This document shows positions 59,976-64,000 of a DNA stretch of 64,000 nt, one piece after another. The notes under the pieces were generated by a model. That model searched no databases. It saw only the letters and a list, made by a program, of their open reading frames with translations, and had not been told where the DNA came from. Source of the DNA: a virus (taxonomy: Duplodnaviria > Heunggongvirae > Uroviricota > Caudoviricetes); the IMG/VR virus record IMGVR_UViG_3300021399_004731, one strand, 5' to 3'. Position 1 is the first letter of the stretch. Every line of letters starts with the position of its first letter. Both the position numbers and the translations under genes were made by a program.

Positions 59976-60680
59976 TTAATTGTCTGATGGCGTCTTTTTG
60001 TCGTTACTGTTATCGACATCAGTATGGTCGTCAGACATCTGCGCAGGCTTGACGGTCACAGGCTGGATGTTGATAGGCTCAACAGGCTTGACAGGCTTGA
60101 CAGTCACATGGTTGTAATTCACTGATGACTGAGCAGGCTGTGATGGCTGAGCAGGACGCTGATTGCCCTGAGCATCAGCATTTCTTGCACCGTTCTTGCT
60201 CTTCTTGTTAGCATGCTGCTGGTTTAAATAGGCAATCGTGGCTTCATCAGGTTCCCATTTATCATCAAATCCAGCAACAATCCACATCACGTATGGGAAG
60301 AAGAGGAAGAGCCAAGCATAGTTGACTGACTGTCCAAGCTGGTCACAGATGTTCTGATAAGCATGGAAGGCAATGACAATATAGACGATATAGAGTACCA
60401 TGGATGCAATAAAGAAAAGCAGTGCAAAGATGGCAACAAATCCTGAGACATCGGCGTCAGTTGATGCAGCTACCATGAATACGAACATTCCCATGATGAA
60501 TGAGAAGTATCCTGCAAATCCCAGAAGGAATGCCCATGGATTCTTTTTCCCGACCTTCAGAACCGTAAAGGAATTGACGAGAGGAATGATGGCCTTCCAT
60601 CCATCCTCTCCAAGTTTTTCAAACACCTTGTACATTCCTACGATTTCAAGAATGATTAAGGCAAACGAAATAAAATTCAT
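59976..60680 (-). CDS. DUF5684-like membrane protein with a Pro/Gln-rich tail
   Basis: GMYKVFEKLGEDGWKAIIPLVNSF...KKNPWAFLL pattern; GGAGGTG RBS; promoter motif 60717-60730. Confidence 0.7.
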   Translation of the reverse strand: MNFISFALIILEIVGMYKVFEKLGEDGWKAIIPLVNSFTVLKVGKKNPWAFLLGFAGYFSFIMGMFVFMVAASTDADVSGFVAIFALLFFIASMVLYIVYIVIAFHAYQNICDQLGQSVNYAWLFLFFPYVMWIVAGFDDKWEPDEATIAYLNQQHANKKSKNGARNADAQGNQRPAQPSQPAQSSVNYNHVTVKPVKPVEPINIQPVTVKPAQMSDDHTDVDNSNDKKTPSDN

Positions 60681-60850
60681 GCAAATTCACCTCCATTATG
60701 CTGAAAAATGCATGATGATATTTAATCATATTGTGCATTGAGAGACTGTATGGCAACTTCTATTTTTCTCTATTTCGTTGTCTAATATTTTGCAATATTT
60801 GCCTTTTTGTAATATAATATCTATGTACTAAATAATAGGAGGTGTGCATT

Positions 60851-61456
60851 ATGGTAAGACTCAACATTGGAAGCAACAGGGCAGCACAAAAAAAGACACA
60901 ATCATCATCAGGCGTTACATTGAAAATAAACAGCAATATGCAGACAACAAATGAGCCATCTCAGCCTCCTGTCCGCCATCTTGCCGAGAGACGTGCAACA
61001 CTGATTCCAGAAGTCACATCCAGGGTGCTCTTCCAGCTCTATATGCAGTCCTTTATCAAGTGGCTCTTCACTCAGAATAAGGATATCCGCAGGCATGTCA
61101 GTGATGACGAGCTGTTCAACTACTTCATTCACGGCTTCCATCACCCCTACTGGTTCACTGTGGAATACCTGAATGACCACAGATTTGCCCACATGGCAGA
61201 AATCAATCAGTACCTGTCAAAATACGGAACGGACAGCAAGGCGGCTTCCAACTATGCCTACATCATCCCTGTCCACCCTGCTGCTGATGCCGCCTATACA
61301 AAGCTCAGACTGGCAGATGATGACAGATGCGCCCCTCCTGACATTGAACAGGTGAATACATTAGAGGCACATGCACTGGATATTCCTGACACAGCTGTAG
61401 AAGCAAAATACATGGTCAAGCATTATGCCAATGACGAAGATGATATTGAATTCTAG
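60851..61456 (+). CDS. Hypothetical protein
   Basis: AGGAGGTG RBS before ATG 60851; acidic C-terminus DEDDIEF. Confidence 0.7.
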   Translation: MVRLNIGSNRAAQKKTQSSSGVTLKINSNMQTTNEPSQPPVRHLAERRATLIPEVTSRVLFQLYMQSFIKWLFTQNKDIRRHVSDDELFNYFIHGFHHPYWFTVEYLNDHRFAHMAEINQYLSKYGTDSKAASNYAYIIPVHPAADAAYTKLRLADDDRCAPPDIEQVNTLEAHALDIPDTAVEAKYMVKHYANDEDDIEF

Positions 61457-61484
61457 CCTAAAAAGCAGCAAAGGAGGACAATGA

Positions 61485-62519
61485 ATGGATAAGAAGTTTT
61501 ATAAACCTCTCAGAGAGGCTGTCATACTTGACAGAGACAAGGAACATACAGCTGTCAGGCTGAACTATGACGGCTTCGAGATTGTTAATGAGCACTTCAC
61601 GCTTCACTGGAGCGTACCAGTTGACACAACAGAAATGGATAAGCCATACACGCTTGACTACCTGATGTTCCTCAATGCCATCAATAATGTCAAGCACACA
61701 TCCAGTCTCATACTGAGAAACGGACATCTGCTTGAATACACCAAGGATGGCAGCCTGGTCAGCGACCAGAAGGTCAGAAGCACCAGAGGAAATGCCATCA
61801 CACTTCCTAGCAACAAGCCTTTCTATCAGTCGGCACCATTAAGTCGCAGTGCAGTCATGAACCTCAAGACGCATGATGCCATCAGGACGGACATTGAACT
61901 GTATCCAGAACTGAACGGCATCATCATCGAGACGGATGGCAGCAGAATCACCTTTTCTTCTACGAACGGATACGCATCGCTCCAGAGCGTCTATAATGGA
62001 CTACAGGACAGCACATCACAGACAGATGACTGCAATTATCATTACAGCATGCCACAGACCTATATCAGAAATGTTGATTTCATCAAGCTTTTTGGCAAGA
62101 ATGGCACAGACGATATGCTATTCATTGCATTATGGCAGGAGGATGACCATGCCATCATCAGAATAGGCAATGAAGATGACTACATACTTTTAAGAGCTGA
62201 AGCATCAGAGCTGTCTTTCATAATGAAGGAGTCCTATAAAAAGCTTTCTGACCTGTCATGCAGCATTGACAAAAAAGCCATGAAGAAGGTAGCCGCTACG
62301 CTTCGAGGAAACGGAACACGGGATGACGCATGTATCAGCGTGCAGGACGGTCAGGCATTGAGCAATGGTGAAGAGATGTTTGCTATCAATCTGCCTGATG
62401 GCGTGTACAATGCCTATGACATAGCTGAAGTCATGAGTGAGGATGCCTGCATTTATGTCAGTGACAAGGCTATAGCCATCGGCAATGATATGCAGAAGCT
62501 GGCTGTGAGAAATGCATAG
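61485..62519 (+). CDS. Divergent DNA polymerase III beta-clamp-like protein
   Basis: 344 aa. DIELYPELNGIIIETDGSRITFSSTNGY resembles the clamp middle-domain ..RPxLxGv....vaTDGhRL motif; size fits a three-domain clamp. Confidence 0.5.
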   Translation: MDKKFYKPLREAVILDRDKEHTAVRLNYDGFEIVNEHFTLHWSVPVDTTEMDKPYTLDYLMFLNAINNVKHTSSLILRNGHLLEYTKDGSLVSDQKVRSTRGNAITLPSNKPFYQSAPLSRSAVMNLKTHDAIRTDIELYPELNGIIIETDGSRITFSSTNGYASLQSVYNGLQDSTSQTDDCNYHYSMPQTYIRNVDFIKLFGKNGTDDMLFIALWQEDDHAIIRIGNEDDYILLRAEASELSFIMKESYKKLSDLSCSIDKKAMKKVAATLRGNGTRDDACISVQDGQALSNGEEMFAINLPDGVYNAYDIAEVMSEDACIYVSDKAIAIGNDMQKLAVRNA

Positions 62520-62584
62520 CCTAGCTATAAAATTCCAATAATAGAAAAAGCCGAGGCCACTTTAGGTCTCGGTTTTCTTTCATA

Positions 62585-63166
62585 CTATTTAACAGAATTC
62601 TTGGCTTCCTGTATCTTCTGCACAGGAACATCAATCTTATTATAGCTGTTATCGGCAATCTTGGCTGACAGGATAAACGATTTCATCTCGGAAATATCTG
62701 CCGTGCTCTTGCCATCAAGAATGGCTTCAATCGTAGGTTTGTCCTTCTTATAGGCTTTTGCATAAGCCTTCATGAGTGCAAGGTGGTCAAGATAATCATT
62801 ATCAAACTTATCAAGATATTTCTCATCAGCCTTCAGTCTTTCTGTAGCAATGTCATTGATATCATTCATGAAATAGTAGTATGCAATGGCAAAGGCTGCA
62901 CTCTGTTCCAAGGTCAGTTCCGTATTGCTGGCACTATTATTTGTAATATCAAGACCTACTGAAGATAGTCTTGACTGAAGCAGTTCCCTTTTTTTCCATA
63001 TCATCATGTAGTCATTCAATGCATTCTGCTTTTCATAGTTTCTGACATCTTCCCTGCTCATGGCTTCATTCTTAGGCTTAGAGCATCCTGTCATGCCAAT
63101 CACCATAAAGCATGCCATAAAGATGATGCCCAGCTTTTTAAATATATTCATATTAATTTTCTTCAT
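62585..63166 (-). CDS. Lipoprotein
   Basis: Signal peptide with lipobox MTG-C. Confidence 0.75.
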   Translation of the reverse strand: MKKINMNIFKKLGIIFMACFMVIGMTGCSKPKNEAMSREDVRNYEKQNALNDYMMIWKKRELLQSRLSSVGLDITNNSASNTELTLEQSAAFAIAYYYFMNDINDIATERLKADEKYLDKFDNDYLDHLALMKAYAKAYKKDKPTIEAILDGKSTADISEMKSFILSAKIADNSYNKIDVPVQKIQEAKNSVK

Positions 63167-63168
63167 AT

Positions 63169-63357
63169 TTATTCACCAGAGGATGAAGATGAATCATTAT
63201 CAAGATTAGATGAAGCCTCCCACATCTCCTTCTGTACGTTTTTGGTTTCTTTTGTATTGTCTCTGCCGATGGCTGCCGTCACCATGATGATGAGAGCTGC
63301 TGCAAATATGATAATCATGACACTGAAAGCCTGCTTTGCTGTAAAATCCATATACAT
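63169..63357 (-). CDS. Small single-TM protein
   Basis: AGGAGG RBS; one hydrophobic helix; promoter motif 63419-63432. Confidence 0.65.
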   Translation of the reverse strand: MYMDFTAKQAFSVMIIIFAAALIIMVTAAIGRDNTKETKNVQKEMWEASSNLDNDSSSSSGE

Positions 63358-63446
63358 ACCTCCTGTATTCTTGTTGCTGTATAGTTATTGATGGGGAGCG
63401 ATTATTCCCCGTCACAGTGATATTTAATCATATAAATGCTTAAAAA

Positions 63447-63633
63447 CAAAAAAGGACTGGCAGGATTTACAGAGATGCCAGTCCATGTGAATCTAGTTGC
63501 CTTGAGCTATTGAAAAAGGTGAATCTATTAGAACCTATTAAAGGTAAGAAAGGTGGTATTGTTAGCACTCACCCAGTCTTCCAGTGTGACAAGTCACATA
63601 GGCGTGGGTGATGTCAAGTTTTTAGCTCTTGGC
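63447..63633 (-). ncRNA. Candidate ~185-nt small RNA
   Basis: Promoter motif 63638-63651. End-to-end stem GCCAAGAGCTA/TAGCTCAAGGC; CACCCA/TGGGTG; terminator GGACTGGCA/TGCCAGTCC + T7. Confidence 0.45.
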
Positions 63634-63736
63634 TGATTATAATAAATCATATTTTTTAGAAAAATGTGAAATTTTTTAAAAATAAAAAAGCACGGCGGTC
63701 AACATATGTTGCCGCCGCTAATTATCTAAAGAATTA

Positions 63737-64000
63737 TTAATCAAAAAGATTGATGGTGAGATGCACGAATCTCCTTACTTTCATGATTGGTCCAGGACAT
63801 TCATTAGGAACGACACAAACTCGTTCATCTTTTCTCCATTGTGCAGTAATTGTATCCGTGCCTGTCATAAATGTATATTTATTGCCAGAAAGAATACCGT
63901 TTGGAGGATTTGGAGTGATAGTCCATCCAGTAAATGAATAACCATCTCTCACAGGTGTCTTGACATCATAGATTGTACTAGATTTTCCAGTTTTAGTCAC
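63737..64000 (-). CDS. 3' end of an InlB B-repeat-type surface protein (starts outside the window)
   Basis: TPVRDGYSFTGW...TITAQW repeat motif. Confidence 0.55.
   Translation of the reverse strand: MTKTGKSSTIYDVKTPVRDGYSFTGWTITPNPPNGILSGNKYTFMTGTDTITAQWRKDERVCVVPNECPGPIMKVRRFVHLTINLFD

Larger units (their letters stand above)
757..63651. promoter_or_regulatory. Dispersed promoter-like motif TATGATWWAWTATA (26 copies counted by eye)
   Basis: Minus strand: 757, 5977, 18448, 20095, 22692, 34647, 47705, 55209, 56149, 57363, 60717, 63419, 63638. Plus strand: 6012, 8750, 28939, 29236, 29585, 34690, 36046, 37417, 39784, 40014, 43023, 51442, 57443. All are intergenic; those followed by a gene point into it. 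Confidence 0.8.

Noticed and set aside
1-64000. CRISPR arrays, tRNA and rRNA genes
   Set aside because: No regularly spaced repeat-spacer units or cloverleaf/rRNA signatures found by eye; tRNAscan and CRISPR finders would be needed to be certain.

Overview
No core housekeeping genes are visible. The window looks like part of a large extrachromosomal element (megaplasmid or jumbo-phage-like) of a Firmicutes-type host, judging from AAGGAGG RBSs, a sortase-type anchor and a SpoVS-like gene; this assignment is an inference. It encodes replication/recombination genes (DnaE, a divergent beta-clamp-like protein, a double-OB SSB-like protein, ERF), large surface proteins (a 3083-aa subtilase/B-repeat/ricin protein and a coiled-coil CAP/LPXTG-type protein) and an IS200/IS605 tnpB element whose two flanks belong to different genes. 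The most striking locus (30.3-47.6 kb) has a HExxH/VWA gene and two paralogous MoxR-type AAA+ genes bracketing a tandem array of 8 intact plus 1 deleted Cys-rich DUF285/BspA-type LRR genes that lack export signals. Features missing from the ORF track: a 51-aa ArfA-like peptide, a probable type I toxin-antitoxin locus, a ~710-nt highly structured ncRNA candidate plus several smaller ones, a TATGATWWAWTATA promoter-like motif found ~26 times by eye, a repeated SD-hairpin-start leader, and two iteron-like repeat clusters. All calls come from reading the sequence; no database search was run.
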